A DNA stretch of 64,000 nt, taken from NCBI GenBank assembly GCA_964016885.1, contig OZ024742.1:40858001-40922000 (forward strand), read 5' to 3'. The notes beneath the pieces were generated by a model. The model made no database searches and had not been told where the DNA came from. It was given only the letters and a program-made list of their open reading frames with translations. This DNA is from Eledone cirrhosa. Its lineage: Eukaryota. Position 1 is the stretch's first letter; the number at the start of each line of letters is the position of its first letter. Both the position numbers and the translations under genes were made by a program. Below are positions 1 through 11,526 of this stretch, in pieces.

Positions 1-146
1 CAAAACCGGTAAAGGAACCAAATAAATATATATATTTTTTTAAAAAATAAGACTCCAGTTGCATTTTCGATTTCATCTCTTTTTCTTTATACTTTCACTC
101 GTGTAGGACACCTCGGTTATTTTTCATTTTGTAAAAAAAAACTCAC

Positions 147-153
<7 letters not shown>
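1..153 (+). mobile_element. 3' terminus of a PLE-derived element (same family as 10697-10980), running off the window start
   Basis: Near-identical to 10903-10980 (direct) and 10697-10843 (inverted). Begins with the 3' half of a hammerhead (cAAAAccggTAaagg) and ends in (TA)n. Confidence 0.6.
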
Positions 154-216
<63 letters not shown>

Positions 217-270
217 TTATTTATTTATGAAAATAAAACAAATAAGCCTTCAATACATCAAAAGTCTTTA

Positions 271-313
271 TTAGCTAACAATGTTTCGTCCTATTAAGGA
301 CTCATCATGGCAA
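271..313 (-). ncRNA. Degenerate minimal type-I hammerhead ribozyme in a PLE 3'-end relic (~220-620)
   Basis: Minus strand reads ttgcc-ATGATGA-GTCC-ttaata-GGAC-GAAA-cattg-TT-agctAATAAA. Stem II and GAAA are canonical; the core has C3>A. Confidence 0.6.
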
Positions 314-709
314 TCAAAACTACAAGAAGCACTATCGGCCAATACAAGCCGAAAACTCCGAAGAATATGGAGTGTACATACACTAAAGTATTGGAAGATT
401 ATGGGTAAAAATATATAATAAAAATCACTAAGGAGGTGGATAACATTTTGAACCATATTACAAATATAGTCCAAAGCAAAAAAACTAGAGCTAAACAAAG
501 GTGGTTATATAGAGCGTGAATTATAGTACTATATGTAATACAATATAATATAATATTATATACTTGTAACAATATTAAAATTAAAATTAAAATTAAAAGG
601 CACAATATCCATATGTATATATATACACACACGTACGCACATATACATATACATCAATACACATTTCAACACGCTCCAGTATTTTAATCCTTATATATAT
701 ATATATATA

Positions 710-1515
710 CATATATTTTGCGGTATATACATTATACTTAATTTCATTGTTTTTCCTTTGTATTGGGTATTTCTATATAAGAGTCAGACTAAAATTGTCT
801 GTTGATTAGAAAGATATTTTATGTTCATTATTTGTTAAATTGTTAACCTCCCGCTGAGCTATTTCAGTTATAAAATAGTTCTGTATTGTAACCCCTTGTC
901 TCAAAATATGACGTGTCAAGCCATTTCCAAGATGGCCGAATTTTTTATGAAATTCAAGTTATTTTAGAGCAACCACGATTCAGATGTAGCGAAAAGAATA
1001 TATCTTGAACAACAAACAAACGTTTCATAACAAAGTTTGTGCGCGAGTGTGTGTGTGTGGGGGGGGGTATGTACGTGTGTGTGTATGTACGTTGTATGAG
1101 TGTGTGTATGTGTGTGCGTGTGGGGGGGGGGGTATGTACATGTGTGTGTGTTTGCATGTGTGTGTGTGTTTGCATGTGTGTGTGTTTGCATGAGTGTGTA
1201 TGTACATGTGTGTGTGTTTGCACTCGCGCGAAATTAAACGGAAAACAACGCAGCAAAACGATACCCTACAGTACAATGAATATATTATATATATATATAA
1301 ACGTGAAGGCATGTGGCTGAGTGGTTAGAGAATTGGATTCACAATCTTGAAGTTGTGAGTTCGATTCCTGGACCGGACGATGCGTTATGTCCTTGAGCAA
1401 GACACTTATTTCACGTTGCTCCTTCTACCTGGAGTTGCGACCGATAGATAGTATTAGCAATTGGAAAGACCAATGGAAACATTGTTTCCTCGGTCCGATT
1501 TGACGAAAGTCGATA
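710..1515 (+). repeat. Copy 1 of an ~800-bp local direct duplication (copy 2 at 9028-9845)
   Basis: Near-identical unique sequence, truncated SINE and junction fragment in both copies; differences are mainly in the (GT)n tract. Confidence 0.9.
1303..1422 (+). mobile_element. tRNA-derived SINE family B (CORE/V-like central domain), 3'-truncated
   Basis: A-box-like TGGCTGAGTGG, B-box GAGTTCGATTCC, then tgtccttgagcaagacacttatttcacgttgctcc. Confidence 0.8.
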
Positions 1516-1535
1516 TATATATATATATATATATA

Positions 1536-1718
1536 TAACGAAGGAAATGTGGTAAGGAACCAGGTGGACCATAACGCACCAAAGTACTCAATACTTGAGG
1601 TAGTAGAGTGGGTAATAGGAACCAGTAAGACCCCGACAGCTGAGCTCAAGCCGTTTCGACGGCTAATTCGCCGTCGAAACGGCTTGAGCTCAGCTGTCGG
1701 GGTCTTACTGGTTCCTAT
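1536..1718. mobile_element. Fold-back PLE 3'-terminal element in (TA)n with a perfect 49-bp-arm palindrome centred on a hammerhead stem II
   Basis: Arms 1615-1663 and 1670-1718 are exact reverse complements around loop TAATTC. Each strand reads gacggc..gccgtc-GAAA-cggct..agctg-TC-ggggtc. Confidence 0.75.
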
Positions 1719-1892
1719 ATATATATATATATATATATATTAGTTTAATGCTTGATATAGAACGTTGTGGACGTTGTGGATGTTAGTATTTCAACAGAAT
1801 ATAGAATGAAAAATAAAAGAAGATAAATGAGAAGGATAAGAAATTATGCATATATATACATATATATATCATTTCTCATTCTTTTCATTATC

Positions 1893-2015
<123 letters not shown>

Positions 2016-2123
2016 TAAACGGAAAAGAAAATGCTGACAAATTGTTCACAGTGAAAAATAGTTTAATTAGGAATAAGTGAGAATTAGTAATAGTATTGGT
2101 TAGTATTCAGTTTTGGTTTTAAG

Positions 2124-2159
2124 TTTTACCGGTTGCGCATTTCTAATGCTTTTCAAAAA
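2124..2159 (-). ncRNA. Minimal hammerhead (U3-A8 core, A13>C) at the 3' end of PLE1
   Basis: ttt-TTGAAAA-GCATT-aga-AATGC-GCAA-ccgg-TA-aaa, with palindromic stem III ACCGGT. Confidence 0.6.
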
Positions 2160-2674
2160 TAATTTTGATATAGAGTGTCCGTGATGTTTGCTCTAATCTG
2201 ATTAGTTTTGGAAATTCTACCTGTTTTTATGTTAAAAAAGTGGCTCCAGCGGTATTAAAATAAGTTTTGCGCCAATTCGTGTTGCAAAAATTCTTGTGGT
2301 CAAAACAATTTTGATTGGTCGGTAGAGGTCATGTGAATGTTAAAAATTGATTTTGCGCCAAATGTTGGTTTGTGTCGGCTGATTGAGAAGTCATGAAAAA
2401 TAAGTATTTCAAAACAAATATGTGTGTGTGTGTAGTAGTAGTAGTAAAGAGGTTCGTTGTTGTGATAATGGTCAGCAGGGATGTGTGTGCGAACCGCAGC
2501 CTGTTGACAGTTCAAATGCCTATTAAGACAAGTGTGTATGTGTGTGTGTGGCAGAGTAATTCGTGGTAGAGGGATGGTCAGTAGGAATGTGTCTGTAAGT
2601 GTGTGGGGGATATTTTAACATGTTAAAAGATATTTTTCAGCTCTTGTCTTATACGGAGAAGTGTGTGTGTGTGC

Positions 2675-2745
<71 letters not shown>

Positions 2746-2997
2746 TCTTTGTATGTTAATGTACGCGTGTGTATGTGTGTGTGTATATATGTGCGTGTGT
2801 GCGCATACACGTGTGTGTGTGTGTGTGTGAATGTGTGTGTGTGTGGGTGGACCAGTAATTATTTTTGTGATACTGGTGAAATGGTGTACATTATTCGATA
2901 TTTTCAGTAAAATCGATTCTCTCAATAGAACATCAAAAACCTTAATAATAAAAGGTGTGAAATGATATATAGTATTGGCATAATACCAAGGTGTGTG

Positions 2998-3275
2998 TGA
3001 GTGTGTCCAGATTGTTCGTACTGCAAGGGGAATCCATTAGGCCTTGCCGTATTGGAATACTTGTGTACAAATATGTATCTGGAGTGTGTCCAGAAATTGT
3101 ATACTTGTGTACAAATTGTATACTTGTGTACAAATTGTATATATGTATCTGGAGTGTGTCCAGAAATTGTATACCTGTGTACAAATATGTATCTGGAGTG
3201 TGTCCAGATTGTACGTACTGCAAGGGGAATCCATTGGGCCTTGCCGTATTGGAATACTTGTGTACAAATATGTAT
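2998..3275. repeat. Complex internal tandem duplication in the PLE1 3' UTR
   Basis: Two ~80-bp units (gagtgtgtccagattg..gcaagg..ccttgccgtattgg..) separated by repeats of tacttgtgtacaaattgta. Confidence 0.8.
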
Positions 3276-3485
3276 GTGCTCATCAGTGTGCAATGCATGT
3301 GTGCGTTTATGTATGTGTGTGTGTCGGCACGTTTATATCTATAGACATCAAAAGGTATGCAAATTTGTGTATATTTGTGTTGCACCATAGAACATGTGTT
3401 TACGTATGTCATTGTGTTTATATGTGGGTAGAGATGTATGCTGATGTAGGTATGTATGTTGACGTGTGTATGTTGTGGGTTCGTC

Positions 3486-5986
3486 TTAGGGAGAAGTGTT
3501 TAGACGGGGTCCGTATTTGTTAATAAAGTAAGATTCCTTGCTGATGCGCTGGGTGTGGGTGGCATTATCTTTAAATTTGTAGAGGGGAAAGATTCTGAAG
3601 TTGGGATGATTTTGGGCGGCACAGGTATCAATGTGTTCACTCAGTGGTATTTTCCTGTATTCCCGTATTTTAATTTGGGATCTATGGACAGTCATGCGTT
3701 GGCGGAGGTGTTTTTGGTCTGGCCTATGTATTGTTCTCGACAACCTGAGCAAGTTAATACATATATTAGATTTTCTGATGCGCATGTGAAATTGTGTTTT
3801 ACTATAAAAAGTTGTCCTTCTTTGAAATAGAATTCCGAACCCTCTATTAGGTTGATGCATATGCCACAGTTGGGTCTATCGCATTTTTTTACTGTGGGAT
3901 TCGTTGTTGTGATTGGCAGTACTTTGGCATGTGTTAGGATGTTTTTCATTGACTTAGATTATCTTTTGCTCTTTATAATATCGTGTGTTCGTAGGATTTA
4001 GTTCATTCTATGGTCCTTTTTTCAACACAGGGATGTTCTGGAGGATGGTGTCAAAGGCCTCATTGTTGAGAGGGTTGTGTGTGGAGATGTATGGAAGAGC
4101 TTTTAGTTTCGGTTGATTTACTTTAGGGTGTCTAAGGTCCTGGGTCCTGAGTTTTAGTGCACGTTGGATTCCATTGTCAATTAGTGATGCAGGGTAGTCC
4201 CTGCCTATGAGTGTGTCCTTTAGTTCTTGTAGCCGTAAGTAGCAGGTGTTTTTATTGGAGACTATATTACAGATTCTCTTGGCTAAGTTGTAGGGAATAT
4301 TAATTTTAACGTGTCTAGAGTGGCAAGAGTTGAAAGGAAGATATTGCTTGGAGTCTGTGGGCTTGTAGTATATGTCTGTTTCTATTTTTTTGTTATGGAT
4401 CTTAATGAGGATGTCGAGGAAGGGGAGTTGTTGATGGCTGTATTCCATCGTGAAGTTAATATTCGTGTTGAGCCCATTTATAAGGGTGTGAAATTCTTTA
4501 AGTTTCGGGTGTGAAATTCTTTAAGTTTCTCGATGTTTTCGTGCCAAAGGATGAAGCAGTCATCTAGATATCGCTTCCAGTTCCTTTCTATGTGTAAGTG
4601 GAGAGTGTTTCCAAATTTGTTTAGGACTTTAGTGTAGAGGGTGATTTCCAGGTATCCCATGACTAGGTTGGCATAAGTGGGGGCTGTTTTCGTTCCCATA
4701 GCGGTCCCAGATTTCTGCCTGTAGGGTTTGTTATTGAAAACGAAGTAATTGTTCTCCAAGATAAATTTGAGTCCCTCTATCACGAATTCTTTTTTGATGC
4801 GTTGTGGGAGTTCATTGTGGTAATTATCCAGCCAGAATTGGATAGCTTCTATTCCTAGGTTGTGGGGGATGTTGGAGTATAGGTTGACTACATCGAACGT
4901 CACTAGTAGGGTTTGTTCAGAAAGGGGCATATTAGGGAGGTGATTGAGCATATCTAGGTCGTCCCTTATATAGCTTTTGATGTGTTTGAGAAAAGGCTTG
5001 AGAAGGGTATCAATGAAGTTGCTAAGGCGGTGGGTTTCGCAAGCGGGGCCTGCTATTATAGGTCTTAATTTGAGATCATTGGGTGAGGGGACATTGATGA
5101 CTATGTCTGTGGCTTCCTTGCATGCCTTACTTATTAATTCGCTTTTATGTACTTTAGGGATACCGTAGAAAAGGCTGGATTTACTTGTGAAGTCTGTGAT
5201 GAAGCTGAATTCCTTGTTAGTGAGTCCTTCTTTGTATTGGTTGATCAGAGTTTTTAGGTTTCTCATAATTTTCTGTTGATTGTAGTGTTCAGCCTTTTCG
5301 TAGTATGTTTCGTTTTCCAAAGTGGAGAGCGCTAAGTTGATATTGAATTCTGTCTCCATTAGGACTACTGTACTCCCTTTATCAGCCTCTTTAATTGTTA
5401 TGGTTCTGTCGGTTTTTAATCTATTTAATTCTTCCCATTCTTTCTTGTTGAGGTTTGGCTTGTGTTTTTGTCTGTGCAAGTGTTGGTAAGGGAAGTTTGT
5501 GATGTGTTCACAGAATTCGTCCAGGATTTTATTTCTACCTTTTGATGGGGTGTAATTGCTTCTATTTATGGCTAATGATTCATCCTCATTGTACTGGTCG
5601 AATAGTTCTTCACTGAGTCGTAACTTTCTACAGAAGTCTGTGATATCTTTCTTCATTTCATAGTAGTTAGGACGTAGTGGGGTCGGTGTGAATTTAAGAC
5701 CTTTGGAGAGTAAGTTGATAAGGTTGGGTGTTGGTTCTGCACTAGTTAGATTGATAATTTTTATTACTATCGGTTTCTCCTCCCTGTCTTGTGTTATTTT
5801 GTTTGTCTGTATCTGTGTGCTGTGTCTAAAAAAACGGTTGGGGTAGAGGGGTTGTCTGGTGATGTTAAGTGGTCTCCTGTGTTTGTTATATTCCTTGTTG
5901 TTGTAAAATATGGTTCGGGTTGGTGGTTGTAGATTGAATGGGGTGTTCCTGTACTGCGAGTATGGGTATGTGTTTCTATGTGCCAT
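3486..5986 (-). pseudogene. PLE1 reverse transcriptase + GIY-YIG endonuclease polyprotein, disrupted
   Basis: Motifs ADKG, FYGIPKVHK, LRPII, FDVVNLYSNIP, GTAMGTKTAPTYANL, RYLDD, LPFLD, YYKPT, CxxxxCxxC linker and NLIYVLTCSGCREQYIGQT. A 23-bp duplication at 4484-4529, frameshifts near 4020 and 3710, and two TAA stops near 3960-4000. Confidence 0.92.
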
Positions 5987-6047
5987 GTTGGATTGTGGTG
6001 TTATAGGTGGCCTACGTTGTTGGTTGTACCGTGTGGTGTGGGTTTGT

Positions 6048-6099
<52 letters not shown>

Positions 6100-6103
<4 letters not shown>

Positions 6104-6230
6104 GGTGCATGGCTTAGTGATTAGAGCATTGGGCTTGCAATCAAGGTTGTGAGTTCAATTCTCGGACCGGGTCATGTGTTGTTTCCTTGAGCAAGACACT
6201 TTGTTTCACATTGCTCTAGTTTACTCAGCT
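6100..6230 (+). mobile_element. SINE family B, 3'-truncated
   Basis: gaaggtgcatggcttagtg...gagttcaattc...ccttgagcaagacactttgtttcacattgctc. Confidence 0.75.
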
Positions 6231-6279
6231 AGGACAGAGATGATAGGACTGGGGTCCCTATTATTCCACTGCAAAGTGG

Positions 6280-6545
6280 TCGTGGCGGTGCCACGGCAAA
6301 AGAGCACCCAGCCAACACTGTAAAGTAGACGTGTAGGCGCCACGGAAAAAAAGCACCCAACACTCACTGTAAATGAAGTTGGTGTTAGGAAGGGCATCCA
6401 GCTGTAGAAATCAAGCCAGAATCAGTTTCCGTATGAGCAAGACAAGGTCAGCCGACCGGACACTGCCCCCAACAGGACAACCCGTCTAACCCATGCTAGT
6501 GTGGAAGAACGGACGTAAAACGGTGACGATGATGATGATGATATG
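6280..6545 (+). mobile_element. SINE 3' part with (GAT)n tail
   Basis: gttggtgttaggaagggcatccagctgtagaaa...acccatgctagtgtggaa..cggacgtaaaacggtgacgatgatgatg. Confidence 0.55.
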
Positions 6546-6618
6546 AGTTTGGCAAGAGATGTCAACATGAATGGACCTGTTATTTTTATCTAAACCCACC
6601 CGTCCCCATCCGTACCCT

Positions 6619-6669
<51 letters not shown>

Positions 6670-6671
<2 letters not shown>

Positions 6672-7110
6672 CAGGGAGTATAACTTGGAGTTACTGTAGG
6701 TTCACCCGGGTGACAACTCGATATTTAGGTCCACTTCAATGTCGAGGTGTAGAGCTATACAGAGTGTATTATAGTTAAATAAGAAAACAAGGACGATTGG
6801 TTACTCCTTCATTGCGTTTATTGGTTGGTGACGCGCGTTTCGCCACTGACCAGCTCAAGGTTCGATCTGTATCGATCTGACCTGACTCTGTAATCAGCGG
6901 CTCGTCAGACCCCTTGTAATGTTAATGGAAGAATGAATAGATGCTGTATGATAAAGTCAGAAGTTCCAATGGTGGTCAGTAAAGTTTGTTTTGATTGGTG
7001 GATTAGTTCATAGGGATGTTTTTGCCTGTAGGTAGTGTATGTGGGAGTGGGTGTGTGGAAAGTGTTTGGTGTCGATCGCAGGTTGAAGTGCGTGGTGGTG
7101 TCCATCGTCC
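6670..7110 (-). mobile_element. PLE 3'-terminal relic abutting (TA)n
   Basis: Carries an intact hammerhead followed by AATAAA and a ~150-nt tail ending in (TA)n. Confidence 0.6.
6823..6913 (-). ncRNA. Type-I hammerhead ribozyme, intact core, extended stem II
   Basis: ggt-CTGACGA-GCCGCTGATTA..(~38 nt)..TGGTCAGTGGC-GAAA-cgcgcg-TC-acc, with palindromic stem III ACGCGCGT and a GUC site. Confidence 0.85.
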
Positions 7111-7790
7111 ATATGAGTGGGTTTCTTGGTCGGTGTCCAAGTCTCAGACCCGTACAGTAGCACTACAACAACGAAGAGGCGGATCTTCTGGTCTTTACGA
7201 AGGTCCGACTTCCACACCGATCTCAAGCTGTGGCACGCCGCCCAGGCTTTGCTCTTCCTCTCGACCACATCATTTTCCGTATTCCCAATCTTTGCTCCCA
7301 AATACAGGAAGTCCTCAACCAATTCTAGCGGCTTCCCGCCTACATTAGTAATTTGCTGTGGCTTCTTAATATTCTCTACCAGATATTTTGTCTTAATCTC
7401 ATTCATTCTCAGCCCCACACTCATCGACACAGTCTCCACCTCCTGCATCAAATCCTCTGAGAATGGCTCTGAACATTATTCAGTATACACTGAGGATGAA
7501 GAACTCAGAGCTGTATGGGAGCCTCCCAAAAGTCAGCTCAAAAGTGACACAGAGGAGACTGAGGTTAACTGGACATGCTCACCGACATCCAGAGTTGACA
7601 CTGCAATTAGTGCTCCTGTGGGAGCCTCTGAATGGACACACTGGAAGAGGAAGACTGAAGTTAACATATGTTGATTCCCTCAGGACAGACACTGGTCTGT
7701 TGGGGACGCAAGACATGGCAGCGATAATGAGGGACAGAGACCGCTGGAGAGAGCCCGTCCATGGATCTCGGTAATTTTACCCGCCCTAGA
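7110..7790. mobile_element. RTE-clade LINE 3' fragment with 5' inversion
   Basis: Minus 7120-7455 encodes GLRMNEIKTKY..VEDFLYLG..LLYGSETWT. Plus 7463-7774 encodes MALNI..ELYG..RRLRLTGH..GRGRLKLTY..DRDRWR (RTE C-terminus). Confidence 0.85.
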
Positions 7791-7806
7791 TATATATATA
7801 CACACA

Positions 7807-7854
<48 letters not shown>

Positions 7855-8224
7855 GCACACCAGTCTAGTTTAGGACCGTTGAGCTAGTTACGATTTTTTT
7901 AATATCAAGTTAATTTAGAATTGACGGCTTCAGCGGACGTTTTTTTTTTGGGGGGGGGGGGCGACAATAAGAAAATAGTCTAAGACGTAAGGCATATAGG
8001 GCCCCGTTAATGGTAAAAAGTGTCACCAGTGGAACTCGAACCCAACTGCCAATAACTATGCAGCTGCGCTACTATTATACTAATGTAAAGCTGACCATTT
8101 TTTTCTATTGAGAACTGATAAGCGAGTTACGTAGGTTTGAATTTATAGCTAACATACGTTTTTGACTATGAAATTTCATAAGCTGGCTACTCCGTTTGAA
8201 CCGAGAGTGGTCCATCACACATAG

Positions 8225-8287
<63 letters not shown>

Positions 8288-8544
8288 CTCACAGACACAC
8301 CAAAAGATAGAGAGAAACGTATGTGTATGTAGGATCATACACGACTTTCATAGTGAGTTCTCGTTACTCAGTTGTTTTTGAACTGTAATGTTTATTCGCT
8401 CTTTGGAATAGAGATATAAAATATTCATACAAGCTATACAATCTGTTCAGTCTTAAACTGAATCAGAAAATCAAATATCTAAATTCTATAAATCTTTAAT
8501 TTTTTTTAATTATAGCTTCAGCGCCAGTTTAATAAATTTCTGAA

Positions 8545-9022
<478 letters not shown>

Positions 9023-9027
9023 CACAC

Positions 9028-9879
<852 letters not shown>

Positions 9880-9989
9880 TTAGTATTGAGGGTCACACGG
9901 AGTACATAGCACACTAGAAGTGATATTTTATAAAGCCCAGTCGGAGTATTGTTACACCGACATGCACTCAAGAATGTTGTCTATCTAAC

Positions 9990-10172
9990 ATTGGCAGTAT
10001 CGATAGAGGGTCAGACGCCATGCTTTGCAGCATAGTTACGTCCCTTTACGAACTGAGTTCAAATCCCGCCGAGGTTAACTTTGCCTTTCTTCCTTACGGG
10101 GTCGATAAAATAAAGTACCAGTAATACACTGGGTAATTGCTGGCCTTGTGCCAAAATTAGAAACAATTATAT
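9990..10172 (+). mobile_element. tRNA-derived SINE family A (Nin/Deu-like central domain)
   Basis: ttggcagtatcg..gagttcaaatcccgccgaggttaactttgcctttc.tccttacggggtcgataaaataaagtaccagt..gctggccttgtgcc..agaaacaattatt. Confidence 0.85.
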
Positions 10173-10253
10173 TAAGTACTGAGTACTCATTATCGTGACG
10201 CTGACTACTAAGCTGATGCAAGCCCACAAAGAATATATATATATATATATATA

Positions 10254-10430
10254 TAACGAATGAGTTGTGGTAAGGAACCAGATGGACCATAACGCACTAG
10301 AGTACTCAATACTTAGGGTAGTAGAGTGGGTAATAGGGGTCATACATGTTCCTATATATATAAATATGACAGTTCGGATCTAGCTATCGAAACGGGTGGA
10401 GCTCAGCCGTCGTGGTCCTGAATCTTTATA
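10254..10430. mobile_element. Second copy of the 1536-1718 fold-back family, diverged
   Basis: 10254-10337 matches 1536-1620. 10368-10417 reads gacagtt..agctatc-GAAA-cgggtggagctcagccg-TC-gtggtc. Confidence 0.65.
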
Positions 10431-10455
10431 TATATATAACAGATTATTTTAATTA

Positions 10456-10488
<33 letters not shown>

Positions 10489-10498
10489 TATATATGTA

Positions 10499-10570
<72 letters not shown>

Positions 10571-10696
10571 AGGAACGATCGACTTTCGTCAAATCGGACC
10601 GAGGACACAATGTTTCCGTTGGTCTTTCCAATTGCTAATACTATCTATCGGTCGCAACTCCAGGTAGAAGGAGCAACGTGAAATATATATATATAT

Positions 10697-10977
10697 ATTA
10701 GAAAGTGAGGTTTTTTTTACAAAATGAAAAATAACCGAGGTGTCCTACACGAGTGAAAGTATAAAAAAAAAAAAGATGAAATCGAAAATGCAACTGGAGT
10801 CTTATTTAAAAAAATATATATATATTTATTTAGTTCCTTTACCATGTGAGAAAAACCACATACCCTCCATCTTAACTGTACTTTTGAAAAGCAGAAGAAC
10901 TGCGAAACCGGTAAAGGAACCAAATAAATATATATATTTTTTTTTAAATAAGACTCCAGTTGCATTTTCGATTTCAT

Positions 10978-10980
<3 letters not shown>
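10697..10980. mobile_element. Fold-back PLE 3'-terminal element in (TA)n with a hammerhead
   Basis: ~10773-10843 is the reverse complement of ~10910-10980; the spacer holds the hammerhead 5' half. Confidence 0.75.
10881..10916 (+). ncRNA. Minimal type-I hammerhead, U3-A8 covariant core
   Basis: ctt-TTGAAAA-GCAG-aagaa-CTGC-GAAA-ccgg-TA-aag, followed by AATAAA at ~10923. Confidence 0.75.
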
Positions 10981-11037
<57 letters not shown>

Positions 11038-11246
11038 ATATTTATAGTTATACTTGGGGAGGGTCATATTTTTGTAATATTGCCAGAATTAATAACAGAA
11101 CACACTCACTGTTTGGTTGGTTTTCGCTTCTCGCTGTCTTTTATATCGGTAATCTAACTTACTCAGTCCTCAATGTTACCATTGACTGACCGACGGTCAA
11201 AAATAATACAGATACAATATAGACACAAACACATATATATAGTTTT

Positions 11247-11288
11247 TCATAAATCTTTCGTTGCACATCTGCAACATCGTCAGTGGTG
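11247..11288 (-). ncRNA. Hammerhead-like motif at the 3' end of PLE2
   Basis: cca-CTGACGA-t-GTTGCA-gatg-TGCAAC-GAAA-gatt-TA-tg. Stem II is perfect; stems I and III are weak. Confidence 0.6.
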
Positions 11289-11526
11289 TTATATTTTCCT
11301 CCTGTTGTGTTGTATGTCTACGCCATTTTTATTCAGTCCGTCTATATATTTATTTATTTATTTGATTGTTTGTTTATTTTATTTCGTCTTCTTTGCGCAT
11401 GCGTTTGCGTGTGTGTATAGTGTTATGTTTGCTGTGTGATGGGTGACTAGTGTGTGTTTATGTGCTTGTTGTTATTGTGCTTGTGTATGTATTTATTTAT
11501 TTATTTATCTTATTTTATTTACTTAT

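Noticed and set aside
3270-3292. CTGATGA on the minus strand in the PLE1 UTR
   Set aside because: No downstream stem II-GAAA.
3486-5986. Selenoprotein-type (UGA-recoded) PLE ORF
   Set aside because: The interruptions are TAA stops and frameshifts, and no convincing SECIS was seen.
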